From assembly GCA_044224875.1 (NCBI GenBank), contig JBGAJQ010000010.1, positions 1 to 64,000 on the forward strand: a stretch of 64,000 bases of DNA, written 5' to 3'. The notes beneath the pieces are model-generated. The model did no database searches, was not told the origin of the DNA, and saw only the letters and a program-made list of their open reading frames with translations. Of this stretch, positions 10,197 to 20,224 are shown piece by piece. Source of the DNA: Gemmatimonadaceae bacterium (GTDB lineage Bacteria > Gemmatimonadota > Gemmatimonadetes > Gemmatimonadales > Gemmatimonadaceae). The stretch's first letter is position 1. The number at the start of each line of letters is the position of its first letter. The position numbers and the translations under genes were made by a program.

Positions 10197-10793
10197 CTAG
10201 CCGCGTTGGTAGGGCTGGAGCAGGCGACGGACGAACTTTCCAATCACGTCGCCTTCCAAGTGGACCGAATCTCCGACTTTGAGGTCACCAAGGGTCGTGT
10301 GCCGCCGCGTGTATTCGATCAGCGACACCTGAAGAATCCCGGGACCGGGCAGCTCGTTCACCGTCAGGCTGACGCCGTCCAGTGTCACCGAACCATGTGG
10401 TACGAGCAATTCGTCGATGTCGGGCGGGACGGCCACGTTTATGAGCAGAGTGTCCTCACGCATGCCAAGCTCCAGGACACGACCCACGGCGTCCACGTGT
10501 CCCTGGACCACATGCCCACCCAGACGATCATTCGCCCGCATCGCCCGTTCGAGGTTCACGCGGGTGCCGACGTCCCACATACCAACAGTGGTGCGTTCCA
10601 GCGTTGTCACGACCGCCGCCACATCGAAGAACCCCGCCCCGACGTCGCGTACCGTTAGGCACGCCCCGTTTGCGGCAATGCTCTCGCCCAACGTGACGTC
10701 GCTGTAGGGCGCGCGGATGCGTAGCTCACGTCCGGCAGCGGAGACCCGCACCCGATCGATGAGTCCGACCGCATCGACAAGACCAGTGAACAT
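10197..10793 (-). CDS. ribE: Riboflavin synthase (alpha chain)
   Basis: MFTGLV N-terminus, NGACLTV, VNLERA, GGHVVQGHVD. Confidence 0.96.
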   Translation of the reverse strand: MFTGLVDAVGLIDRVRVSAAGRELRIRAPYSDVTLGESIAANGACLTVRDVGAGFFDVAAVVTTLERTTVGMWDVGTRVNLERAMRANDRLGGHVVQGHVDAVGRVLELGMREDTLLINVAVPPDIDELLVPHGSVTLDGVSLTVNELPGPGILQVSLIEYTRRHTTLGDLKVGDSVHLEGDVIGKFVRRLLQPYQRG

Positions 10794-11911
10794 CAGCGTA
10801 CATCCTCTTTGGCGGGAGCGTAGACGGAAAGCAGGTCATCGTCCAAGGCTTCGCGGCGCAGCACACGCCAACGGCGAGCATCCGCCCCGCGGACGGCCGG
10901 GGCTGACGAAAACGCACCCAGTGCGCCGGCGCCAAAGATGACCGGCGCCTGAATCAGCAACAACCGGTCCACGAGACCCTCCGCCAGCATGGCGCCTGCC
11001 AGCTTCGCTCCTCCCTCGACGAGGAGCGCCTGAATGCCATGGCGGCGTAGCGTGCGCAGCGCACTGCTGAGCGAGGTCGCGTCAATGATCTCCACACCAA
11101 GGTCATTCAGCGACATCGCGTAACTCGAATCCAAGTCGTGACCCACCACGATGACGGGGACCTCGCGCGCCGTACGGGCCAGTGTGCTGGTGAGAGGGAG
11201 CCTTCCCGTGCGAGAGAACACCACACGAACTGGGGCGACTCGCGGGGACTCGGATTCACGGACGGTGAGCTGCGGATCGTCGACGCGAACCGTCGACATG
11301 CCAACGGCCACGGCATCGTGCCCAGCGCGCAAGCGGTGCACGAAGCGTTTTGTCGTATCGTTCGTGATCCAACTGGTGGTTGCGGTTCCATCGGCGATGG
11401 CGCCGTCGATGGTCACGGCCATCTTCAGCGTGACCCATGGCCTATCCGACGTGAACGAGTACATGAAGGCGGCATTCAGTTCGCGCGCGTCCGACTCAAG
11501 CACGCCCGCCGTCACGGAGACACCGGCCGCTCGCAGGCGCGCGGCCCCTCCACCGGCCACGGGATTGGGATCGGCCGCAGCGTAAACGACGCGACCGATG
11601 CCGGCAGCAAGGATCGCATCCGTGCAAGGCGGCGTCTTCCCGGTGTGTGCGCACGGCTCGAGGGAGACGTACAGGGTCGCGCCTTTCGCACGCGCCCCTG
11701 CGGCACCAAGCGCCACCACCTCAGCATGCGACTCGCCAAAGCGCGCGTGATAGCCTTCACCCACCACGACGCCGTCACGCACCACCACGGCGCCCACCAT
11801 GGGATTGGGGGCGGTGTGCCCCCAGCCGCGTTCCGCCAGCAACAACGCTCGCTGCATGAAGGACTGGTCGAGACCTTCCGTAGCCGAAGCGGCGTGGTTC
11901 GTCGCGCTCAC
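10793..11911 (-). CDS. ribD: Riboflavin biosynthesis deaminase/reductase
   Basis: PNPMVGAV, HAE, LEPCAHTGKTPPC, DDPQLTVR, VEGG. Confidence 0.96.
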   Translation of the reverse strand: MSATNHAASATEGLDQSFMQRALLLAERGWGHTAPNPMVGAVVVRDGVVVGEGYHARFGESHAEVVALGAAGARAKGATLYVSLEPCAHTGKTPPCTDAILAAGIGRVVYAAADPNPVAGGGAARLRAAGVSVTAGVLESDARELNAAFMYSFTSDRPWVTLKMAVTIDGAIADGTATTSWITNDTTKRFVHRLRAGHDAVAVGMSTVRVDDPQLTVRESESPRVAPVRVVFSRTGRLPLTSTLARTAREVPVIVVGHDLDSSYAMSLNDLGVEIIDATSLSSALRTLRRHGIQALLVEGGAKLAGAMLAEGLVDRLLLIQAPVIFGAGALGAFSSAPAVRGADARRWRVLRREALDDDLLSVYAPAKEDVR

Positions 11912-11913
11912 GC

Positions 11914-12909
11914 TTACCAGCGAAGCCGCAGTCCGAGCGACGCGAACTGCAGGGCGTCGTCCGCGCGCGTACCACCAAAGGTGTTGAACGTCGCCAAGGT
12001 GCCACCACTCACCTGCCCGACTTCGAGAACAACCTTCATCAGCGGCAGGTTCAACGACAGGACGGCGAATACGATCAGGCGATCGACGGACTGGCCCAGC
12101 TCAAAGCCCGTCAGCGTGAACACCTGAGCCGCCCGGTTCACCGTCACGTCCACGAGCCCGTTCGCATCGTAGTGATCGCGCCCGCCGCCGATCACCAGCG
12201 CAACAACCCCAAACGACTTGCCGACCGTGGCACGCCACGCATCGCTCGTCAGCGTGAACCCCCGCACCCCATACAGATCCAGGCCGGGCGTGGCGGTCAC
12301 GTCGGCGGATGGCAGGTCGCGCTGCAGGAAGGCGACCGAGACGACTGGCGTGTGATCCGACTCCTCCAGTACGGCAATACGGGCGCCGAAACCAAAGCGC
12401 ACCGAGCCGCTGGGGACGGAGAGCTTGAAGTCGCCCGACGTGACCTCGGGAATAAAGGCGATATTCATCAGCCCGTCGACGGCGAAAATCGTCGTGGAAC
12501 CGGCGCGCAGGCCCGGAAAGACGCCTAACGCGACATCGGCCACGGGAAGACCCACCGGCCGGTCCTTCACGGCATAGTCGCTCGCGACCGCGCCGGTGAT
12601 CGCCGGCGTCACGGCGCCGACGTCAGGGACATGGCCACGCAGGAGATTGCCGCGGATTCCAACGGAGAGGTGGCCGAGTCCGCCCAGGGCGCCCGCTTCT
12701 CCCGCGACCACGTTCCCGCCAATGAGACTGGCACCGAGTTGCGGCGCCATGAAGTGAAAGAGATCGATCGCCTTTTGACAGGCATCCTGCGTTGCGCGTT
12801 CGGAAAGCGTGCCGGCCTGGCACTGCGCGTCGATCGATCCACCTTGCGCGAAGGCCGCGCGACCGATCGCCAGCGCCAACCCCAGTGTCAAAATTCTTGC
12901 TCGCTGCAT
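11914..12909 (-). CDS. Secreted or outer-membrane hypothetical protein
   Basis: Signal peptide ending in AFA-Q, one Cys pair, amphipathic beta-like segments, and C-terminal SLGLRLRW resembling a beta-signal. Confidence 0.7.
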   Translation of the reverse strand: MQRARILTLGLALAIGRAAFAQGGSIDAQCQAGTLSERATQDACQKAIDLFHFMAPQLGASLIGGNVVAGEAGALGGLGHLSVGIRGNLLRGHVPDVGAVTPAITGAVASDYAVKDRPVGLPVADVALGVFPGLRAGSTTIFAVDGLMNIAFIPEVTSGDFKLSVPSGSVRFGFGARIAVLEESDHTPVVSVAFLQRDLPSADVTATPGLDLYGVRGFTLTSDAWRATVGKSFGVVALVIGGGRDHYDANGLVDVTVNRAAQVFTLTGFELGQSVDRLIVFAVLSLNLPLMKVVLEVGQVSGGTLATFNTFGGTRADDALQFASLGLRLRW

Positions 12910-12921
12910 ACGACAACTCCG

Positions 12922-13953
12922 TTAGGAAAGCTCGACGTTCCCTCGTCCGGGGACGACGCGACCCACGTGCCAGGCACGTACCCCGGCGGCCGACGCCGCC
13001 TGAAGCACCGCACCCTCCTCCCCTGCCGGCACCACGACGATCGCTCCGACTCCCATGTTGAACGCGCGAAACATCTCGCTCGTCGAGACCTGACCAGCGT
13101 CCTGCAACTGCTGAAAAACGTTAGGCACACGCCACGTCGAGGTGTCCACCCGTGCGTCCAGGGTGGGCGGAAGGGCGCGATTGAGGTTTCCCGGAATTCC
13201 CCCCCCGGTGATGTGTGCCAACGCGTGTACCTGACGAAGCACCGGGCGGATTACGGCCAGATAGGACCGGTGGACGCGGAGCAGCGCGTCGGCCACCGTC
13301 GCTCCACCCTCGCCGGGAAATGGATCATGCACGCCCAGCAGCATGCGATCCGTGACGATGCGACGCGCCAGCGAGTACCCGTTCGTGTGCAACCCCGAAC
13401 TCTCCAGGGCCACCAGCACGTCGCCATCTTGCACACGACTCGCCCCGAGCTGCGCGTCCTCTTCCACGCTGCCGACGATGAAGCCGGCCAGGTCGTAGTC
13501 AGGTGGCGTGTAGACGCCAGGCATCTCCGCCGTCTCGCCTCCAATCAGAGCGCATCCATTCTCCCGGCACCCGGCGGCCACGCCAGCCACGACGCCCTCG
13601 ACGACTTCAGGCTGCAGCGCACCAAAGGCGACGTAGTCCAGGAAGAACAACGGCGTGGCACCCTGTGCCAGGATGTCGTTCACGCAGTGGTTCACCAGGC
13701 AGTGGCCGATGGTGCTGTGGCGGCCGGCGTCGATCGCCACCTTGATCTTTGTACCCACTCCGTCAGCACTGGCGACCAGAATCGGGCGCTGGCCCACGGG
13801 GGCACGAAAGAGACCGCCGAAGGCGCCGAAGTCGCCGACGCATCCGCTTGTTCGGGTAGACGCGACGAGCTTGCCAATGCGTGTCTTGGCGTCGTCGGCG
13901 GCATCGATGTCGACGCCAGCGCTGCGGTAGTCGAGCGGGGGCGGATGACTCAC
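12922..13953 (-). CDS. purM: Phosphoribosylformylglycinamidine cyclo-ligase
   Basis: Y..AGVDI, DGVGTK, GGETAEMPG, SSGLHTNGYSL, HITGGG, FNMGVG. Confidence 0.97.
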   Translation of the reverse strand: MSHPPPLDYRSAGVDIDAADDAKTRIGKLVASTRTSGCVGDFGAFGGLFRAPVGQRPILVASADGVGTKIKVAIDAGRHSTIGHCLVNHCVNDILAQGATPLFFLDYVAFGALQPEVVEGVVAGVAAGCRENGCALIGGETAEMPGVYTPPDYDLAGFIVGSVEEDAQLGASRVQDGDVLVALESSGLHTNGYSLARRIVTDRMLLGVHDPFPGEGGATVADALLRVHRSYLAVIRPVLRQVHALAHITGGGIPGNLNRALPPTLDARVDTSTWRVPNVFQQLQDAGQVSTSEMFRAFNMGVGAIVVVPAGEEGAVLQAASAAGVRAWHVGRVVPGRGNVELS

Positions 13954-14870
13954 TCGGGGAGCTCCTCTTCGAACGCCACCAGTCGTCGGAACTCTTCCAG
14001 CCGCTTGGCGATATCCACGCGTTGCAGCTCCATGAGTCGGTCGATCGAGAACTTCTCCACCGCAAACGACCCCATGGTGGAACCGTAGACTACCGCGCGG
14101 CGCATCGCCTGTTCGTCCGTGCGTCCGGTGCGCGCGAGGTATCCGATGAAGCCCCCAGCAAACGAGTCGCCGGCACCCGTCGGGTCAAACACATCCTCCA
14201 ACGGGTAGGCAGGCGCAAAGAAGACCGCGTGCGGACCGAACATGTACGCACCGTGCTCTCCCTTCTTGATCACCACGTGCGAAGGCCCGCGATCGTGAAT
14301 CCACTTGGCGGCCTTCACGAGGTTCGCGTGTTCCGTCAGTTGACGCGCCTCGCCGTCGTTCAACAGGAGCACGTCCACATACTTCAGTAGCTCCAACAGT
14401 TCGTTGCGGCGGCTTTCGATCCAGAAGTTCATCGTGTCGCACGCCACCAATCGCGGTTTGTCCACCTGCTGCAACACGTCCAGCTGCAAACGTGGATCGA
14501 TGTTGGCCAGGAATACGAAGGGGGCGCGCCGGAACTGCGGGGGAATCTTCGGCCGAAAATTGGAGAAGACCCCGAGGCGCGTCTCCAGCGTCTCGGCGGC
14601 ATTCAGGTCGTGCCGGTAGCGGCCGCGCCATCGAAAGGATTCGCCATCGGCGCGCTCGACTCCGGCGAGATCGACCCCGCGCGCCTGGAGCGGCTCCAGC
14701 CGTTCGACGGGATAGTCGGTGCCAATGACCCCAACCAGCTGCACGGGCGAAAAATGCGATGCGGACGCGGAGAAGAACGTCCCGGAACCGCCCAGCACTT
14801 CGTCGGCGCGACCAAATGGTGTCTCGACCGAGTCGAGTGCCACGGAACCAACCACGAGGACGTGCGTCAT
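13950..14870 (-). CDS. PfkB-family carbohydrate kinase
   Basis: N-terminal VVGSVALD..LGGSG and C-terminal DPTGAGDSFAGG. Confidence 0.92.
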   Translation of the reverse strand: MTHVLVVGSVALDSVETPFGRADEVLGGSGTFFSASASHFSPVQLVGVIGTDYPVERLEPLQARGVDLAGVERADGESFRWRGRYRHDLNAAETLETRLGVFSNFRPKIPPQFRRAPFVFLANIDPRLQLDVLQQVDKPRLVACDTMNFWIESRRNELLELLKYVDVLLLNDGEARQLTEHANLVKAAKWIHDRGPSHVVIKKGEHGAYMFGPHAVFFAPAYPLEDVFDPTGAGDSFAGGFIGYLARTGRTDEQAMRRAVVYGSTMGSFAVEKFSIDRLMELQRVDIAKRLEEFRRLVAFEEELPE

Positions 14871-14943
14871 GAATCGATGGGAGTGAAGGCCCGTCCGATC
14901 GCGGTCGAGTCACCGCGAGAGGCCGTTGTTGCGGCTGACGTGG

Positions 14944-16587
14944 TCACATGCGCTCCGGTGCGGAGATGCCGAGTACAGAGAGTCCGTTGCGGATGACAAT
15001 CTGCGCCGCGCGCGCCAACACGAGTCGGGCACCGCGCACGTCGGGTGGCGCTTCCAGCACGCGCACCTTGTGATACCAGTTGTGCGCCAGTCGCGCCGTG
15101 TCCAGCAGGTAGGCGGCCACGCGGTGCGGTTCCCGGCTGGCCGCCGCACCGGCGATGAGGCGTGGAAAGTCGAGAAGCGCCTGGGACAGCTCCCGTTCCG
15201 AGTCTTCCGTCAGCAGCGACAAGTTGGTCGCCGCGGCATCCAGACTCGACGGATCGATCCCCCCCACGCGGAAGATGCCGCACATCCGCGCGTGCGCCAT
15301 CTGGATGTAGTAGACGGGATTCTCCTCCGACTGCGACCGGGCCAGATCCACGTCGAAGATGAGTTGCGAGTCGGCCTTCCGCATGAGGAAGAAGTAGCGC
15401 ACCGCATCGCGGCCAACTTCGTCCACCAGGTCGCGCACCGTGACATACGATCCGGCTCGCTTGGAAATCTTTACCTCCTCGCCACCGCGAGTCACGGTCA
15501 CCATTTGGTGCAGCGCGTACTCTGGGTATCCCTGCGGGATGCCCATGTCGAGGGCCTGCAGCCCCGCCCGCACGCGCACGACGGTGGAATGGTGATCGGC
15601 TCCCTGCACATTCATGCTGTGGTGAAACCCGCGACGCCACTTGGTGATGTGGTACGCCACGTCCGGGACGAAGTAGGTGTAGGTCCCGTCGGACTTTCGC
15701 ATCACCCGATCCTTGTCGTCCCCAAAGTCCGTCGTCCGCAGCCACAACGCGCCGTCCTTTTCGAACGTGTGTCCGGCCTCCCGCAGCATCCGAACGGTCT
15801 CCTCGACCATCCCGTCGTCGTAGAGCGACGATTCGAGGTAGTACGTGTCGAATCGAACGCCGAACGCCTGCATGTCCAGGTCCTGCTCCTTGCGCAACTC
15901 CGCCACGGCAAAGCGCCGGATGCCGTCGATGTCGTCTCCCGACACGTCCGACGGGTGCGCGGCGACGTACCGCTCGGCGATCTCCCGGATATACTCGCCG
16001 TGGTATCCACCTTCCGGGATCTCAGCCACGCCGGTGCGCAGCTCGCGCACGCGCGCCTGGACGCTCAGCGCGAGATTGCCGATCTGCACCCCGCCATCGT
16101 TGTAATAAAACTCGCGCGTGACGCGAAATCCGATCGACTCCAACAGCGCGGAGATCGCGTCGCCTAACGCTGCCTGCCGGCCGTGGCCGACGTGCAGCGG
16201 CCCCGTTGGATTCGCGGAGACAAACTCCACATTGAACGCTTCGCCGTGGCCGTCGTCCGTGCGGCCGTACGACGCGTCACGGGCGATGATGTCGACGAGG
16301 CCCTGAAAGGCCGCGGCGGAATTCAGGCGAAAGTTGATGAACCCTGCTCCGGCGACCGTGGCCTCACTCACGCCGGCGGCAGGTAGGTCCATGGACGCGA
16401 TGAGGTCCCGCGCGATGTCCTGTGGTTTGCGTCGTAGCTGACGAGCCAGGGACATCGCCAGATTCGTCGTCCAGTCGCCAAAGGCCGGATCCCGCGGACG
16501 TTCGACCACCACCGCCCCATGATCCGTCGCGCCAAGGCGCTGAGCCGCGGCGGCGAGCGCGGCTCGCAAGACCTCCTCAGGTGCCAT
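14944..16587 (-). CDS. argS: Arginyl-tRNA synthetase
   Basis: VEFVSANPTGPLHVGHGR (HIGH motif), GADHH, KISKRAG, NPVYYIQMAHAR, C-terminal APERM. Confidence 0.97.
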   Translation of the reverse strand: MAPEEVLRAALAAAAQRLGATDHGAVVVERPRDPAFGDWTTNLAMSLARQLRRKPQDIARDLIASMDLPAAGVSEATVAGAGFINFRLNSAAAFQGLVDIIARDASYGRTDDGHGEAFNVEFVSANPTGPLHVGHGRQAALGDAISALLESIGFRVTREFYYNDGGVQIGNLALSVQARVRELRTGVAEIPEGGYHGEYIREIAERYVAAHPSDVSGDDIDGIRRFAVAELRKEQDLDMQAFGVRFDTYYLESSLYDDGMVEETVRMLREAGHTFEKDGALWLRTTDFGDDKDRVMRKSDGTYTYFVPDVAYHITKWRRGFHHSMNVQGADHHSTVVRVRAGLQALDMGIPQGYPEYALHQMVTVTRGGEEVKISKRAGSYVTVRDLVDEVGRDAVRYFFLMRKADSQLIFDVDLARSQSEENPVYYIQMAHARMCGIFRVGGIDPSSLDAAATNLSLLTEDSERELSQALLDFPRLIAGAAASREPHRVAAYLLDTARLAHNWYHKVRVLEAPPDVRGARLVLARAAQIVIRNGLSVLGISAPERM

Positions 16588-16904
16588 TACTCGCTGCCAG
16601 ACGAAGAAGGAGGCGGACTGGCCGGCTTGGTAGGCTCGGCCTTCTTGTCTGCAGACGCGCCAGCGGCGGAGGAACCCGCATCGGTCGCCGGTGCCGCGGG
16701 CTTCTGGTCCTTCTTGCCATCCTTCCCGTAGTCTGTGATGTAGAAACCGGAGCCCTTAAAGACGAGCCCGGCCCCACCGGACACCTTCCGCACTCCCTGC
16801 TTCCCGCAAACCGGGCACGGCATCTCCGCCTGGGCTGCAGAGATGCTTCGAAAGAAGTGATCAAACTCATGCCCCTCGGGGCATCGGTATTCGTACGTCG
16901 GCAT
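16587..16904 (-). CDS. FmdB-family zinc-ribbon protein
   Basis: MPTYEYRC..GH.F..CPVCG..FKGSGFYITDY followed by a low-complexity tail. Confidence 0.9.
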   Translation of the reverse strand: MPTYEYRCPEGHEFDHFFRSISAAQAEMPCPVCGKQGVRKVSGGAGLVFKGSGFYITDYGKDGKKDQKPAAPATDAGSSAAGASADKKAEPTKPASPPPSSSGSE

Positions 16905-17050
16905 CGCGATCGGATTCGAGAAGGGCGAGTTACCAAAGTTAGCCGCCCGTGGAAAGCGCCTCAAGCGAATGGGTTACGGCGCTCGAGCTTCCGGCGCCGT
17001 GGGCCATTGGGAGCCGTCCCCGAGCGCTCCCCGCCGGAGTCGCGAGCGAA

Positions 17051-18661
17051 TCAACCCTGGGGGCGGTACGTACCCCACACGGCGCGGAGCACGTCGGAGA
17101 TCTCGCCAACGGAGGCTCGCGCCCGGACGGCATCTTCGATCCGACTAACCAAGCCGGCCGGCGGCGCCACGCCGTCATCGGCGTACGGCCCAGCCGCGCT
17201 GCGCAACTGATCGAGCGACTCCTTCACGGCCACCGCATCGCGACGGGATTTGAGGGCGCGCAATCGCGCCGTTTGCTCGGCTTCCAATCGCGAGTAGTCG
17301 GGGGCCGGGATAATCGGGATCGGGCTGCCGTCATCGAAGCGGTTGACGCCGACGACCGTGCTATCGCCTGACTCCACACGCAACTGGTGGGCGTAAGCGC
17401 TCTTGCCGATCTCTTCCTGGAAGTAGCCCTGGGCGATGGCGTTCGCGGCGCCGCCGCGTGCGTCCACCTGCCCCAGCAGCTCCATCGCGCGGTGCTCGAT
17501 GTCCGTGGTCAAGGACTCGACGTAGTAGCTGCCGGCCAACGGGTCGACGGTGTTGGCGATGCCGGATTCGTAGGCAACGATCTGCTGCGTACGCAGGGCC
17601 AGCGTGGCGGCATCGGCCGTCGGCAGGGCCAAGGCCTCGTCGTATCCGTTGGTATGGAGCGACTGGGTACCGCCTAACGTAGCGGCAATCGCCTGCACAG
17701 CAACGCGCACCACGTTGTTCAGGGGTTGCTGGGCCGTAAGCGTGACGCCCCCCGTTTGCGTGTGGAATCGCATGCGGGCGGAGGCGTCGCTAGCGTGAAA
17801 GCGCTCGCGCATGATCCGGGCATACAGGCGTCGCGCCGCCCGAAACTTCGCCACTTCCTCGAACAGGTCACTGTGCGCCGCGAAAAAAAACGAGAGGCGC
17901 GGGGCAAAGTCGTCCACGGCAAGCCCTGCGGCCACCGCTTGATTCACGTATTCGATGGTGTTGGCGAATGTGAACGCCACCTCCTGCACCGCCGTCGCAC
18001 CGGCCTCGCGAATGTGGTAACCCGAGATGGAGATCGGATTCCAATTGGGCACTTCGGCCGCGCAATACCGAAACAGCTCAGCAATCAGCCGCAACGATGG
18101 CCCGGGCGGATAGATGTACGTGCCCCGCGCGATGTACTCCTTCAGGATGTCGTTCTGGATGGTACCGTTGAGCGCCGAGCGATGAATGCCTCGCTCCTCG
18201 GCCACGACGATGTACATGGCCAGCAGGATCGCCGCCGTCGCGTTGATGGTCATCGACGTGGAGACGCGATCCAGCGGGATCTGATCGAACAGCACGTGCA
18301 GGTCGTCCACCGTGTCGATCGCCACGCCTACCCGACCAACTTCGCCGAGCGCCAGCGGGGAGTCAGAGTCGATCCCCATCTGCGTCGGCAGGTCAAACGC
18401 TACCGACAGGCCCGTTTGTCCCGCATCCAGGAGGTGACGGAACCGCACGTTTGTTTCGGCGGCCGTACCGAAGCCGGCGTACTGTCGCATGGTCCACAGC
18501 CTTCCGCGGTACATCGACGGCTGCACGCCACGGGTATACGGGTACGAACCGGGCTCTCCGAGGTCCCGGGAGTAGTCCACGTCGGCCACGTCCGACGGCC
18601 GATACGTCTCGTGGATCGGAATGCCCGACGGCGACACTCGTGGTTTCTGTTCCGTGCCCAT
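17051..18661 (-). CDS. Methylmalonyl-CoA mutase, substrate-binding (large) subunit without the B12-binding domain
   Basis: [56 protein letters not shown]. No DxHxxG domain. Start trimmed to MGTEQK. Confidence 0.93.
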   Translation of the reverse strand: MGTEQKPRVSPSGIPIHETYRPSDVADVDYSRDLGEPGSYPYTRGVQPSMYRGRLWTMRQYAGFGTAAETNVRFRHLLDAGQTGLSVAFDLPTQMGIDSDSPLALGEVGRVGVAIDTVDDLHVLFDQIPLDRVSTSMTINATAAILLAMYIVVAEERGIHRSALNGTIQNDILKEYIARGTYIYPPGPSLRLIAELFRYCAAEVPNWNPISISGYHIREAGATAVQEVAFTFANTIEYVNQAVAAGLAVDDFAPRLSFFFAAHSDLFEEVAKFRAARRLYARIMRERFHASDASARMRFHTQTGGVTLTAQQPLNNVVRVAVQAIAATLGGTQSLHTNGYDEALALPTADAATLALRTQQIVAYESGIANTVDPLAGSYYVESLTTDIEHRAMELLGQVDARGGAANAIAQGYFQEEIGKSAYAHQLRVESGDSTVVGVNRFDDGSPIPIIPAPDYSRLEAEQTARLRALKSRRDAVAVKESLDQLRSAAGPYADDGVAPPAGLVSRIEDAVRARASVGEISDVLRAVWGTYRPQG

Positions 18662-18798
18662 AGGACAAAGATAGTCCGGCGCGGCACGAGTGGGTGACCC
18701 TGCGCAGGGAGAAACGAATGGCCGGTCAGGACTGAGCCTAACCGGCCATACGCGCTGTTTCGCGCGCCGCCCGCCCACCCGGGCGATGCCCTCGGTAC

Positions 18799-19824
18799 CT
18801 AAGCCACGCCAACCAACTGCGCGGTCAGCATCTGACGCGCGGTTTCGATGTCGTCGCGGCTGCCGATGTAGATGGGCGAACGCTGGTGAAGCTCGCTTGG
18901 CTGCACTTCCAGAATGTCCTGTACGCCATCGATGGCGGCACCACCCGCCTCCTTGCAAATGAACGCGAGCGGGTTGCACTCGTAGAGCAATCGCAGCTTC
19001 CCGCGTGGACTCTGCTTGTGTGCCGGATACGCGAAGACACCGCCGCCTAACAAGTTGCGATGGAAGTCCGCCACCATGCTCCCCACGTACCGCACGTTCA
19101 TGGCCTTTTGCGTACTATCCAAACCGCGATAGCGGCGCATGAGCGCTTTCACGTTCTCGTCCCAGTACTGCTCGTAGGAGTCGTTGACGGACAGGTAGCG
19201 GCCCCGCGGGGGAATCTTGATGTCGGGGTGCGAGAGCAGGAACTCGCCAATGGACGGATCCAGCGTGAATCCATGGACCCCCTGCCCCGCCGTGTACACG
19301 AGCATCGTGCTCGAGCCATAGATGATGTACCCGGCGGCCACCTGGCGGCGCCCCGGCTGCAACATGTCCTCCATCTCGCCGCGTGACCCGCGCGTGATCT
19401 TCTTCATGATCGAGAAGATCGTGCCGACCGGGACGTTCACGTCGATATTGGACGAGCCATCGAGCGGATCAAAGAGCAGCACGTAGTTGCCGCACTTGAA
19501 CTGCTCCGGGATCGGAATGATGTCCGGCTCCTCTTCGCTCGCCATCGCACACAGACGGCCGGTGTGATCCATCGCCTTGATGATGGTCTCGTTGGCGAAC
19601 ACATCGAGCTTCTGCTGCATCTCGCCTTGCACGTTCTCACTGCCCAGAGCACCGAGAATGTCCGCCAAGCCGGCACTGCGCACCTTGTTGGCGATCATCT
19701 TCGCGGCCAGCGCGATGTCGTACAGAATGGCGGAGAGCTGCCCCGTCGCTTCCGGGAACATCTTCTCCTGCTCGATGATGAAGCGCTCGATCGTGACGAC
19801 CGACGTCGCGGTATTCTTTACCAC
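18799..19824 (-). CDS. fbp: Fructose-1,6-bisphosphatase class I
   Basis: [48 protein letters not shown]. Probable GTG start at 19824, alternative ATG at 19851. Confidence 0.96.
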   Translation of the reverse strand: MVKNTATSVVTIERFIIEQEKMFPEATGQLSAILYDIALAAKMIANKVRSAGLADILGALGSENVQGEMQQKLDVFANETIIKAMDHTGRLCAMASEEEPDIIPIPEQFKCGNYVLLFDPLDGSSNIDVNVPVGTIFSIMKKITRGSRGEMEDMLQPGRRQVAAGYIIYGSSTMLVYTAGQGVHGFTLDPSIGEFLLSHPDIKIPPRGRYLSVNDSYEQYWDENVKALMRRYRGLDSTQKAMNVRYVGSMVADFHRNLLGGGVFAYPAHKQSPRGKLRLLYECNPLAFICKEAGGAAIDGVQDILEVQPSELHQRSPIYIGSRDDIETARQMLTAQLVGVA

Positions 19825-19825
19825 G

Positions 19826-20224
19826 CTAGGCGTCCTCGCGTAGGGGTTCATTTCCTGCGGCGCGAATCGAGGCGATGGCAAAGTGCCTCGCTTCGACCTC
19901 GAATCGGTTCGCCAAGTATCCGCGGCGCACCGATTCCCAGATATAGCGGACGGGGAATATCGGGACTGAGACAAACTGCTGGACGTGGCAGAGCTCGTGC
20001 AAGAGTAGTTCCTCGGTCTCCCGAACCCCGTCGCCGAGCCAGACTGTTTGCCAAAGCGTGATCGCGGCGACGCTTCGCGCCCCTAGGCACCACCCGCCCA
20101 CCCGCGGCGGAAGTCCCCCACGCCGCCAGCGGACCCGGCCGAGCGCTGGGTACCGCTCGACCAGATGCGGCGCGAGTTGAACCGGTACGCCTAGCAGGCT
20201 GCGCCACACATCCTGAGCGGCCAT
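19826..20224 (-). CDS. DUF4157-like small zincin-fold protein (HExxH)
   Basis: AAITL..TVW, LLLHELCHVQQ and N.FEVEA pattern. Confidence 0.7.
   Translation of the reverse strand: MAAQDVWRSLLGVPVQLAPHLVERYPALGRVRWRRGGLPPRVGGWCLGARSVAAITLWQTVWLGDGVRETEELLLHELCHVQQFVSVPIFPVRYIWESVRRGYLANRFEVEARHFAIASIRAAGNEPLREDA

Noticed and set aside
10145..12921. FMN riboswitch for the rib genes
   Set aside because: The gaps around ribD are 2 and 12 bp, and the 52-bp ribE-ribBA gap is too short and lacks the consensus.
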